A DNA stretch of 60,709 bases, the filler included. It is 6 parts of 6 records of this genome, joined end to end, with 100 filler letters (N's around TTAATTAATTAA, not from the genome) between each part and the next. Parts side by side here need not be neighbours in the genome. Positions count along the whole stretch, not along the records: positions 1 to 11,018 come from SRR31156797_4633; positions 11,119 to 17,510 come from SRR31156797_4634; positions 17,611 to 26,202 come from SRR31156797_4639; 3 more parts are not named here. One strand, given 5' to 3'. Position 1 is the first letter of the stretch, and every line of letters starts with the position of its first letter. Of this stretch, positions 9,607 to 19,007 are shown piece after piece. Made by a program: the position numbers and the translations under genes. The notes below the pieces were generated by a model. It was not told the DNA's origin. It was given only the letters and a program-made list of their open reading frames with translations, and did not search any database.

Positions 9607-10845
9607 ATGCAGAATAAAATAAAACAAACGTTACTTAAAGTTTTCAAAAAATACAGAATAGTCTTCTGGTATGACTCCAAAAAGGAATTGCGAAAAAATT
9701 ATGAAAAACTTGAACTTTCTGATATCGAGAAAATAGAATTGAACAATAATGAGTTCAGGGTTAAGCATAGAATCCTTCGGGAGGAGCCCAATAAAAAATT
9801 TCTTCTATACCATGAAGGTGAAGCCCCTTCGGACTTGGACAACTGGTTGCTGGATGTCCAATTGGCGTATGGAGAATTCAGAACGGATCAATCCGCTATC
9901 TGGCTAAATGAGCTTGGTCTGGGGATAGAATTCACGGATGTTGTGAATGAGCATGCTGTATTTTTTAATGCTGTAAAAAGAAGAGAACGCCTTAAAAAGA
10001 TACTGAGTGCCGACGATACCCAGAATGCTGGCAGGATAAAAATGCTGGCAGAGTGTGCCGCTTCAGATCCAAGAATAGACAATATCCTTGAAAATCTTTT
10101 GTCGGAATCGACCGTTAAAAAGGACGATAAATTTAAGCTGATCGAGAACTGTAAACTTGAATCTTTTTTGTGGGACCGGTTACCCCATGAAGAAGCAACA
10201 GAGCAGGAAGTTGAAGAGGTTCTTCAGTTTGCCATAGAAGGCCGTAAAAGGGTCAAAGACCAGTTGATGAAAATTGATTCCACCTATGCTGCTGTCAGGT
10301 TCGCATACACCAAAAATGATGATGGCGAAACCGTCCATGTGAAGAGTCTTGAGGAGGAAGAGTATCCACAGTATTTCGGTTTTTCTGAGGATGAAGATGC
10401 AAAGTCAAAAACAGCGGATCAGGCTCCAGACATACCACAAGATCCAGTGGCCGTTAGTGACAATCCACCCGAACTTGAAGAAAGACCGGTCATTGTAAAA
10501 GAGAATCAGCGTGGAGTTACTTTTGACAAACTGTTCAGCGACTATCTACAGAAGGCCAGGAAAATAACCGTGACGGATTCATACATCCGTCTTTTCTACC
10601 AGATCAGAAATTTCATGGAATTCCCTGAAACCATAGTAAGGATCAAGCCCAAAGACGATGAAGTTCATTTGATAACGGTTGAAGACGAGTTCAAAGGCCC
10701 CCAGCAGATAGAAAATTTTATTGGATCGGGGTCTGGATGTCTTCCAGCACTATGAAATGAATGATTTTTTTTCCTGAGTAACCGGCTTCAGCAGTATCGG
10801 TCCTGTAAAGTTTTTCAAATTACCTATTTGAAAATGAAAGGATAA
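9607..10845 (+). pseudogene. pglZ/brxL: chimeric BREX remnant: PglZ N-terminus fused in frame to BrxL C-terminus (MIT_C-like), with a further deletion and frameshifts at the 3' end
   Basis: RIVFWYD...DNWLLDVQL (PglZ) to ~10180, then AIEGRKRVKDQLMKID and ENQRGVTFDKLF...TDSYIR (BrxL); beyond the ORF, out-of-frame LDRGLDVFQHYEMND and NRLQQYRSCKVFQITYLK* end at 10845. Confidence 0.8.
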
Positions 10846-10911
10846 TCAATTGAGGTATTTTACATATCATGAATTCTTGAATATTTATATTTAAAAATAA
10901 GGATACGCGAC

Positions 10912-11018
10912 ATGAACACGCCCCATCAACTGACGGTATTTGATTTTTTTCACAGAAACGCCCTGATGAACGGCCAGGGATGCGCCCTGTATTATAATGG
11001 TGAAACCCGCAGCCATTC
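10912..11018 (+). CDS. probable AMP-binding enzyme/acyl-CoA synthetase N-terminus (truncated by contig end)
   Basis: AAGGA RBS; MNTPHQLTVFDFFHRNALMNGQGCALYYNGETRSH resembles the start of fatty-acid CoA ligases. Confidence 0.5.
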
Positions 11019-11118
11019 NNNNNNNNNNNNNNNNNNNNNNNNNNNNNNNNNNNNNNNNNNNNTTAATTAATTAANNNNNNNNNNNNNNNNNNNNNNNNNN
11101 NNNNNNNNNNNNNNNNNN
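11019..11118. other. artificial contig spacer
   Basis: N44-TTAATTAATTAA-N44 (stops in all frames). Confidence 0.99.
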
Positions 11119-11133
11119 CAATAAGCTAATAAG

Positions 11134-11856
11134 CTAGGCCTGACCCCGTTCGTTTGCAAAGCGCTGGATGCACTCGGGATAGAGCTGCCACTCAAGGGCC
11201 AGCCCCTTTTTCTTGATGGTCTCGAGGGTATCGCCCTCCTCGATCTGGAACGCCTTCTGGCCGAGGATGGGACCGGTATCTTCCCCGTAATCGATGAAGT
11301 GGACCGTGCATCCGCCCACCTTGCACCCGTACCGGAAAGTATCTCCATAGCCGTCCGTGCCGGGGAACGCCGGCAGAAGCGCCGGATGGATGTTCATGAT
11401 CTTCTTGTGATCCGTGTTGATGCGGTCGATGAAATAGGGGGTCAGGGTGCGCATGAATCCCGCCAGGATCAACAGATCCACATCATAGGGAAGGATCTTG
11501 TCCAGCAGGGCCCGCTCCGCAATGGCCCGGGAGATCAGGAATCGTTCTATCTTTTCATTGCCCGCGGATTCCGGCAGCAGACTCTGCTTTGCCCGGATCT
11601 CCTCCATATCAAAATCATCGGGAAGCACCATGCCCCCAGGATCGTTCTTCACCTGTTGAATGATGGCCCGGTAGTCCACCACAAAGGTGTCGATCCCTGC
11701 CCGTTCCGCCCGTTCAAGCCCCTTGGCTTCGGGGTTGTCCGTTCCGGTAAACACTATTTCCGCGTCGATCTTATCCTGGGCGCAGGCATCGATGATGGCC
11801 TGCAGATTGGTGCCGCCCCCTGATATAAGAGCGCCGGCCTTAATTTTCTTACCCAT
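11134..11856 (-). CDS. purN: phosphoribosylglycinamide formyltransferase
   Basis: LISGGGTNLQA, LAGFMR, NIHPALLPAFPG, GCTVHF, DTGPI; start set at MGKKIK after AGGAGG. Confidence 0.95.
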   Translation of the reverse strand: MGKKIKAGALISGGGTNLQAIIDACAQDKIDAEIVFTGTDNPEAKGLERAERAGIDTFVVDYRAIIQQVKNDPGGMVLPDDFDMEEIRAKQSLLPESAGNEKIERFLISRAIAERALLDKILPYDVDLLILAGFMRTLTPYFIDRINTDHKKIMNIHPALLPAFPGTDGYGDTFRYGCKVGGCTVHFIDYGEDTGPILGQKAFQIEEGDTLETIKKKGLALEWQLYPECIQRFANERGQA

Positions 11857-11881
11857 GTTGCTTCCTCCTTTTTTTGGGGAG

Positions 11882-11961
11882 ATAATGCGAAAGTCGTCCC
11901 CGGATGTCAAGCAAAAGGAGCCATGCCCCGTATTGACAAAGCTATTTTAAGAACATATATT
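11882..11961. promoter_or_regulatory. divergent sigma70 promoters for purN and trxA
   Basis: + strand TTGACA(11933)-17-TATATT; - strand TTGACA(11910)-17-CATTAT. Confidence 0.7.
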
Positions 11962-12003
11962 TACCAGACATTTTGAATCAACCCAAACGTAAAGGAACAA
12001 ATC

Positions 12004-12324
12004 ATGTCAAGCATTTTTGAAATAGATGACGACGCTTTTGAGAAGGACGTACTCGGCTCGGACAAACCCGTTGTGGTAGATTTCTGGGCCCCGTGGTGCG
12101 GACCCTGCCGGGCCATCACCCCCATTATTGAAGAGCTTCAGGCAACCTACGGCGATACGATCAAGTTTGTCAAGGTGAATGTGGATGAAAACCCCCTCAC
12201 CCCGAGTAAATATGGTATCAAGGCCATCCCCACCCTCATCTTTTTCAAGGATGGAGAGATTGCAGATCAGATAACCGGCATGGTTGCAAAAGCAAAACTC
12301 GAAGAGACCATCAAGGCCCTCTAA
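12004..12324 (+). CDS. trxA: thioredoxin
   Basis: DFWAPWCGPC active site. Confidence 0.97.
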   Translation: MSSIFEIDDDAFEKDVLGSDKPVVVDFWAPWCGPCRAITPIIEELQATYGDTIKFVKVNVDENPLTPSKYGIKAIPTLIFFKDGEIADQITGMVAKAKLEETIKAL

Positions 12325-12361
12325 GCCTTGTAGACATCTGCAAAATAAGGAGAATGTGTCC

Positions 12362-13288
12362 ATGCCACAGACCGATTATGATATCGTCATCATTGGTGCC
12401 GGGCCTGCGGGGCTGACCGCGGGCATCTATGCCGCCCGGGCGAGAATGAACGTCTTGCTTGTTGAGAAGGCGGCGCCCGGAGGCCAGATCATCATCACTG
12501 ACTGGGTCGAAAACTACCCCGGCTTTCCCGAGGGAATCAGCGGGTACGACCTGGGGGAAAAAATGCTGAACCAGGCAAAGAAGCTGGGTCTTGAGATCAC
12601 AACGGAAGAGGTTACAGCCATGGAGCTGTCGCCCGACGTAAAGACCCTTCACCTGGGTGAGAAAACCATCACGGCAAAAAGCCTCATCATTGCCTCCGGC
12701 GCCTCGCCAAGAAAACTGAACGTGGGTGAGGAGAAGTTCATGGGCAAGGGAGTTTCCTTCTGCGCCACCTGTGACGCCCCGTTCTTCAGGGACAAAACCG
12801 TCGTGGCCGTTGGCGGCGGAGATACCGCCGTCCAGGAAGCGATCTTCCTGACCAAGTTTGTCAACAAGGTCTACCTCGTTCACAGGCGGGACGAGCTCAG
12901 GGCCACAAAGATCCTCCAGGAGAGGGCCTTCAACAACGACAAGATCGAATTTGTCTGGGACTCCGTGGTCACGGGCATGGACGGTTTCTTCGGCGTCGAG
13001 AACGTTCATGTAAAAAACGTTAAAACCGAAGAGACAAGGACCATCAAAGCCGACGGCTGCTTTGTCTGGATCGGCATTGTCCCGAACACCGGCTTTCTCG
13101 GCAACTCCCTGGAGCTTGACGAGTGGGGATTCATCAAAGCGAACCACCACATGGAGACCTCGGTTCCCGGCGTCTTTGCAGTGGGTGACGTGAGGGACAC
13201 GCCGTTGCGGCAAATAGCAACAGCCGTTGGGGACGGTGCGATTGCCGCGGTCTCTGCCGAGCATTTCGTTGAGAATTTTGCCGGATGA
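12362..13288 (+). CDS. trxB: thioredoxin-disulfide reductase
   Basis: GAGPAG, CATCD, GGGDTA; follows trxA; start chosen after AAGGAG. Confidence 0.96.
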   Translation: MPQTDYDIVIIGAGPAGLTAGIYAARARMNVLLVEKAAPGGQIIITDWVENYPGFPEGISGYDLGEKMLNQAKKLGLEITTEEVTAMELSPDVKTLHLGEKTITAKSLIIASGASPRKLNVGEEKFMGKGVSFCATCDAPFFRDKTVVAVGGGDTAVQEAIFLTKFVNKVYLVHRRDELRATKILQERAFNNDKIEFVWDSVVTGMDGFFGVENVHVKNVKTEETRTIKADGCFVWIGIVPNTGFLGNSLELDEWGFIKANHHMETSVPGVFAVGDVRDTPLRQIATAVGDGAIAAVSAEHFVENFAG

Positions 13289-13953
13289 AAAAAATTACCA
13301 CCATTATTCTAATGATACTTCTCTTCTCCGTTTCGGGCTGCGCCTGGTTCCAGGATAATAACGAGATGGAGAAGAGTGCCCAGCAACTTGTACACGAAGG
13401 CTCGTCCCAGTTCAGGGACCGGGACTTCAAGGACGCCATTCACTCGTTTACCACCCTCAAGGACTGGTATCCGTTCAGCAAGTACGCCATCCTGGCGGAG
13501 CTGAAGATTGCCGATGCCCACTATGAGCTGGAAGAGTACGACGAGGCGATCATTGCCTACCAGGAGTTTGAAAGCCTCCATCCCAAGAACGAGGCCATCC
13601 CCTACGTGATTTACCGTACAGGGCTCTGCTGGTTCGACAGGATCGACACCGTGGACCGGGACCAGAAATGTTCAAGAAAAGCCCTGGCCGAATTCCACCG
13701 GCTGATCGAACGGTTCCCGGACTCTTCCCAGGCAGCCAATGCCGAAAAGCACATCGAGAGATGCATCAAAAGCCTCGCAGGCCACGAGCTCTATGTTGCC
13801 CGGTTCTATTTCAAGGCAAAACAGTACAAGGCGGCCCAGAAACGGTTTGAATACCTGTTCGCCAACTATCCCGACACCGAGGAGGGAAAGGAAGCATTGG
13901 CCAATATCGCCCGATGTCAGGAGATGATTGACCAGGCTGAAACAGACAAATAA
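13285..13953 (+). CDS. bamD: outer membrane protein assembly factor BamD
   Basis: Lipobox VSGC, TPR-like YPFSKYA, DRDQ, LAGHELYVARFY. Confidence 0.9.
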   Translation: MKKITTIILMILLFSVSGCAWFQDNNEMEKSAQQLVHEGSSQFRDRDFKDAIHSFTTLKDWYPFSKYAILAELKIADAHYELEEYDEAIIAYQEFESLHPKNEAIPYVIYRTGLCWFDRIDTVDRDQKCSRKALAEFHRLIERFPDSSQAANAEKHIERCIKSLAGHELYVARFYFKAKQYKAAQKRFEYLFANYPDTEEGKEALANIARCQEMIDQAETDK

Positions 13954-14055
13954 TAAACCCTTTATCCCTGAATTATCTTTACAACATCAACCATTTGATG
14001 TATTAAGCATTGTTTCAGGTTATATGATAATTTTTTGTCTTTAAGGAGAAAAGAT

Positions 14056-14277
14056 ATGTCCAAGGAATGCAAGATATGCGGTAAAAAACCCATGGTTGGA
14101 AACAACGTCAGCCATGCACACAACATCAACAAAAGACGGTTCATCCCCAATCTTCAGCGGGTAAGAGCCCTCTACGAAGGCCAGGTAAAACGGATCGATG
14201 TCTGCACAAGCTGCATCAAGGCCGGTAAAGTTGTTAAAGCGCCCGTCTCAAAATTCGAGGGCGCTGCCGAAGCCTAA
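14056..14277 (+). CDS. rpmB: 50S ribosomal protein L28 (CxxC-containing form)
   Basis: [22 protein letters not shown]...RRFIPNLQ...CTSC. Confidence 0.97.
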   Translation: MSKECKICGKKPMVGNNVSHAHNINKRRFIPNLQRVRALYEGQVKRIDVCTSCIKAGKVVKAPVSKFEGAAEA

Positions 14278-16430
14278 TCGTTTGGCACCATCCGCTTGAC
14301 ATCCTTGACCTGTTTTACTTTTCTGATCTCACTCATTATCTTACGGAGTCGTTCGGTACTTTCGACTGAGATGGTAAAATAGGAACTCACCGCGCTGAAC
14401 TCGGATGTCTCGGTACGGGCATTGATGATATTCGCCTTGTTCTTGGTGATCGTCGATGCCACATCGGCCAGAAGACCGAACCTGTCGGTGGAGCGAACCC
14501 TGATCAATGCGGGGTAGGATTCAGTGTAGTCCCCGCTCCACTCAACTTCAATCTGTCTTTCAGGGGTCATCTTCTGGGCGTTGATGCAGTTCTTTCGATG
14601 AACAGTAACCCCTTGTCCCTGGGTAATGTATCCGATTATCGGATCCCCGGGCAAGGGGTTGCAGCATTTTGAAAACCGCACCAGGATATCATCCACTCCC
14701 TTTACAACAACCCCCTCCTTCTTGCCCCTCTTCCGAATTTTCGAACGAACAAGCTTATCCAGTATGGAAGGATCCTTCTGCTCAACCTCAATATCCGGCA
14801 GGGCCTTGTTGAGGATCTGCAGGGGGGTGATCTTGCCGTAGCCCACATGGGCGATCAGGTCCTCCACGGTCTTGAACCCGTAGACGTCGGCCACATTCAT
14901 GATATCGCCTGATTTCACCAGGGCATTGAAATTCTGATTCTTCTTCCGGAACTGCTTTTCACACATCTCCCGGCCAAGGGTGTAGCTGCGCTCCTTTTCC
15001 CTGGCCCTGATCCACTGGCGGATCTTTGTCCGGGCCTTGACCGTCTTCACAAAATTGAGCCAGTCCGCACTGGGATGGGAACCCTTGGTGGTAAAGATAT
15101 CCACGGTGTTTCCGGTCTCCAGCCGCTGGGTCAGGGGAACGAGTTTGCCGTTCACCTTGGCGCCCGTGCACTGCTCCCCCACCTCGGTGTGGATGAGATA
15201 GGCAAAATCCACCGGGGTGGCCCCGCTGGGCAGGGTCTTGATATCCCCGTTGGGGGTGAACACGTAGATCTCGTCCGGATAGAGGTCGATCCGGACGTTC
15301 TCCAGGAACTCGTCCGGGTCGCTGAAGTTCGCCTGGTTCTCCACGAGATTTCGAATCCAGGCAAGGGCCTCGCCGGTCCTTTCATCAAAGCTCGCCCCCT
15401 CCTTGTAGCTCCAGTGAGCCGCAATGCCGGACTCGGCAATCCGGTTCATCTCATAGGTTCGAATCTGGATCTCCACCCTGTCCCCCACGGGTCCGATGAC
15501 CGTGGTGTGGAGGGACTGGTACATATTGGGCTTTGGCACCCCGATGTAATCCTTGAACTTATAGGAGATGGGTTTCCACATGGAGTGGATCAGCCCCAGC
15601 ACCTCGTAGCAGCGGGGAACGGTATCCAGAATGATCCTGAAGGCGACGATGTCGTACAGCTCGTCAAACTCCAGGTTCTGGGACATCATCTTGTGGTAGA
15701 TGCTGTAGTACTGCTTGTACCGCCCCTTCACTTCCGCCTGTATGTTGGCCCCCTTGAGCTTGCCATTGAGCTTTTCATTGACCGTGGCAATGTAGCTCTC
15801 CCTGTCGTCCTTTGCCTTGTTCACCAGCTGGTCTATCTCGGCATACTCTTCGGGATGGGTGTAGAAGAAGGCGATATCCTCCAACTCCTGCTTGATCCAG
15901 AAGATGCCCAGACGGGCGGCGATGGGTGAGTAGATATCCAGGGTCTCCTGGGCGATGAGCCGCTGCTTCTCCGGGCGCTTGTGGTACTTGAGGGTCCTCA
16001 TGTTGTGGAGACGGTCGGCGAGTTTGATAAGAACAACCCGGATATCGTCCGCCATGGCAAGGATCATCTTCCGAAGGCTCTCGGCCTGTTGGGCCGCCTT
16101 GGTTGAAAAGGTGAGCTTGGAAATCTTGGTAACCCCGGAGACGATGTGGGCAATGCCCGGACCGAACATCTCCAGGATATCCTCCTTTGTTGCATGGGTG
16201 TCCTCGATAACGTCGTGGAGCAGTGCCGCTGCAATGCTCTCCACGTCCAGTCTCATGTCGGCAAGTATGGCTGCCACCTCAAGGGGGTGGGAGAGGTAAG
16301 GCTCCCCTGAAAGACGCATCTGTCCGGCATGGACCCGGGCTGAATAGACATAGGCCCGGTCAATGACGTCAAGGTCTGCCTCCGGATTGTACTCCACGAT
16401 CTTGTCGAGGATATCGGTTATTCTTATCAT
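14274..16430 (-). CDS. spoT: bifunctional (p)ppGpp synthetase/hydrolase RelA/SpoT
   Basis: Intact HD motif (LLHDVIEDT), [26 protein letters not shown]. Confidence 0.96.
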   Translation of the reverse strand: MIRITDILDKIVEYNPEADLDVIDRAYVYSARVHAGQMRLSGEPYLSHPLEVAAILADMRLDVESIAAALLHDVIEDTHATKEDILEMFGPGIAHIVSGVTKISKLTFSTKAAQQAESLRKMILAMADDIRVVLIKLADRLHNMRTLKYHKRPEKQRLIAQETLDIYSPIAARLGIFWIKQELEDIAFFYTHPEEYAEIDQLVNKAKDDRESYIATVNEKLNGKLKGANIQAEVKGRYKQYYSIYHKMMSQNLEFDELYDIVAFRIILDTVPRCYEVLGLIHSMWKPISYKFKDYIGVPKPNMYQSLHTTVIGPVGDRVEIQIRTYEMNRIAESGIAAHWSYKEGASFDERTGEALAWIRNLVENQANFSDPDEFLENVRIDLYPDEIYVFTPNGDIKTLPSGATPVDFAYLIHTEVGEQCTGAKVNGKLVPLTQRLETGNTVDIFTTKGSHPSADWLNFVKTVKARTKIRQWIRAREKERSYTLGREMCEKQFRKKNQNFNALVKSGDIMNVADVYGFKTVEDLIAHVGYGKITPLQILNKALPDIEVEQKDPSILDKLVRSKIRKRGKKEGVVVKGVDDILVRFSKCCNPLPGDPIIGYITQGQGVTVHRKNCINAQKMTPERQIEVEWSGDYTESYPALIRVRSTDRFGLLADVASTITKNKANIINARTETSEFSAVSSYFTISVESTERLRKIMSEIRKVKQVKDVKRMVPND

Positions 16431-16450
16431 CTTCTCTTCTTTTTACCTGA

Positions 16451-17510
16451 TCAATAAGCCTTTGAGAACAGCACCCGCCGTCCGCTGGCGTTTCCGCAAC
16501 AGATGCAGCTGCCCTGCTCTGTCTTTGAGTCAAAAGGAATACAACGAATGGTCACGGACAGATCTTCCTTGATCTTGGACTCACATTCGGCTGAACCGCA
16601 CCAGTGGGCCATGGCAAAACCGCCATGGATGACATTCTCTCCCGGTGAGGTGAAAAATTCCTTGAACGCATCCGCATCATCGATTTCAACCGTGTTGGCC
16701 TTCCTGAAGGCAAGGGCCCGGTTGAACAGGGTATCCTGGATCTCGTCCAGGATCTGGTCGATGGAGTTGATGAGATCCTCCCGCTTCATGCCGGTCTTGT
16801 CCCTGGGAGTCAGGTCCCTGCGGCCGAGGAACACGGAATCGTTGGCCATGTCCCTGGGTCCGATCTCGGCCCTGAGGGGAATCCCCTTCTTAATCCACTC
16901 CCAGGCCCTGGCGCCGCCGGTATCCCGGTCGTCGATCTCAACCTTGATCCGGGTGCCGTGGTAGGTGCGGCTCTCCAGGGCATCGGCAAGACTTCTGGTG
17001 TAGTCCATGATCTTCCTGCGTTCCTCTTCTTTCCGGACAATGGGAAGCAGCACGATATGGGCCGGTGCGACCCTGGGCGGCATGATAAGGCCGTCGTCAT
17101 CCGCATGGGTCATGATCATTCCGCCGATCATCCGGGTGGAGGTACCCCAGGAAGTTGTCCAGGCGTATTCCTCTTTTTTGTCGGCATTCTGGAACCGGAT
17201 ATCCGAACTCTTGGCGAAATTCTGGCCAAGGAAATGGGAGGTTCCTGCCTGGAGCGCCTTCCGGTCCTGCATCATGGCCTCGATACAGGTGGTGTCAACG
17301 GCCCCGGGGAACCGCTCGGAAGCGGTTTTGCGGCCCCTGATCACAGGCATGGCAAGATGCTCCTCCACAAATTTGGTGTATATGTCGAGCATCATCATGG
17401 TACGTTCCCGGGCCTCTGTCTCGGTGGCGTGGGCCGTATGGCCTTCCTGCCACAGGAACTCGGTGGTCCGAAGGAAGATACGGGTCCGCATCTCCCAGCG
17501 CACCACGTTG
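16451..17510 (-). CDS. proS: proline-tRNA ligase, archaeal/eukaryote-like type (5' truncated)
   Basis: FLRTTEFLWQEGHT, QAGTSHFLGQNF, C-terminal ...FSKAY. Confidence 0.95.
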
Positions 17511-17610
17511 NNNNNNNNNNNNNNNNNNNNNNNNNNNNNNNNNNNNNNNNNNNNTTAATTAATTAANNNNNNNNNNNNNNNNNNNNNNNNNNNNNNNNNN
17601 NNNNNNNNNN
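17511..17610. other. artificial contig spacer
   Basis: N44-TTAATTAATTAA-N44. Confidence 0.99.
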
Positions 17611-17889
17611 GTGGATCCCCGCACCCTTTATCCCCTGGACATGGATACGATCATCAACTCCGTAAAAAAGACCCACCGGCTGGTGGTGATCCACGAAGAA
17701 GTGAAATTCTGCGGTTCCGGAGCGGAGATCGCCGCCACCGTGGCCGAAGAAGCATTTGACTATCTGGATGCGCCCATCATAAGGGTTGGAGCGCCCTATG
17801 TTCCGGTCCCTTTTTCACCGCCCCTGGAAGAGGCCTTCATTCCCAATGTGGGTCAGTTGACGGATGCGGTTAAAAAAGTGATGGAATAG
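17611..17889 (+). CDS. acoB: 2-oxoacid/acetoin dehydrogenase E1 beta subunit, C-terminal part
   Basis: DPRTLYPLD...SVKKTHRL...FDYLDAPIIRV; upstream of acoX. Confidence 0.8.
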   Translation: MDPRTLYPLDMDTIINSVKKTHRLVVIHEEVKFCGSGAEIAATVAEEAFDYLDAPIIRVGAPYVPVPFSPPLEEAFIPNVGQLTDAVKKVME

Positions 17890-17912
17890 ATTCTAAAAAG
17901 GATTTTTACCTT

Positions 17913-18959
17913 ATGACGCATGTGGGAATCATCGCCAACCCCGCTTCCGGCAAGGATATCCGTCGCATTGTCGCTTACGGCAGCGTGTTCGACAACCACG
18001 AAAAGGTGCAGATCGTTCGCCGCGTTCTGTTGGGGCTTGTGGCCGTGGGTGTTGTCCGGGTCAGTTATATGCCGGATTACTATGGCATTATGGACAGGGC
18101 CCTGGACGGGCTGGACACCAACCTCAAGATGGACCCATTGGAATTCTATCTCAATATGGACCATCGCGATTCAACGGAGGCGGCCCGCCTCATGGCCGGG
18201 GAAAGCGCCGGGTGCATCATCACCCTCGGCGGCGACGGGACCAACCGGGTGGTGGCCAAGGGGGCCGGATCGGTTCCCATCATGCCCATTTCCACCGGTA
18301 CCAACAACGTGTTCCCTTTCATGATTGAGGCCACGGTGGCGGGGATGGCCGCGGGTCTTGTGGCCACGGGAAAAATCGCCGTCACGGAAGGTACCGTGCA
18401 GCATGGGTGTCTGGAGGTGGTGGTGGATGACAAGATGGTCGACAGCGCCCTGGTGGACGCCGTGGTCTGCGATGATTATTTCCTGGGCTCCCGGGCCATC
18501 TGGAAAACCGAGAGCATCAAACAGGTGTTTTTAAACCGGGCAAGCCCGGATAATATCGGGTTTTCATCCATCGGGGGAATTATTCGAACCGTTGCGCCGG
18601 AAGATCCGGCGGGGTTGCGCCTCGATCTGGGATCCGGCGGAATAACCGTCACGGCGCCCCTGGCGCCCGGCATCATCACCCCGGTACCCATCAAGGCGCA
18701 ATTTGAAATGGCGTGCGGTGAAATGCATGCCGTTAAAAATGGGCCCTGCGTGATCGCCCTGGACGGCGAACGGGAAGTGGAAGTAAAAAAAGATCAACGG
18801 GCCTTTATCCGGGTTTCTCCATACGGTCCAGTGGTCGTTGATGCCTCCAAAACAATGGCGGCGGCCCAAAAGCATGGTGTCCTGGTGAATGCGATTTATG
18901 GTCACCCGGGTTTGGGTGAAAAAAGCGGCGGCGAACTGTTTGAGTTGCCGGATCCCTGA
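17913..18959 (+). CDS. acoX: AcoX / ATP-NAD kinase family protein
   Basis: GIIANPASGKDIRR, LGGDGTNR, STGTNNVFP, ALDGERE. Confidence 0.88.
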   Translation: MTHVGIIANPASGKDIRRIVAYGSVFDNHEKVQIVRRVLLGLVAVGVVRVSYMPDYYGIMDRALDGLDTNLKMDPLEFYLNMDHRDSTEAARLMAGESAGCIITLGGDGTNRVVAKGAGSVPIMPISTGTNNVFPFMIEATVAGMAAGLVATGKIAVTEGTVQHGCLEVVVDDKMVDSALVDAVVCDDYFLGSRAIWKTESIKQVFLNRASPDNIGFSSIGGIIRTVAPEDPAGLRLDLGSGGITVTAPLAPGIITPVPIKAQFEMACGEMHAVKNGPCVIALDGEREVEVKKDQRAFIRVSPYGPVVVDASKTMAAAQKHGVLVNAIYGHPGLGEKSGGELFELPDP

Positions 18960-19007
18960 GAACACGCAAATGGGCTACCCAAGACGCTGCCGGCAGGGCC
19001 TGCATTT

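Noticed and set aside
7475-10755. Functional BREX system
   Set aside because: brxC, the PglX methylase motifs, the PglZ catalytic domain and the BrxL ATPase core are all absent
12311-13264. Long antisense ORFs (this one, 15075-15929, 59834-60568, 3704-4339 and similar)
   Set aside because: They are shadows of well-supported genes on the opposite strand in GC-rich DNA, with no recognisable motifs
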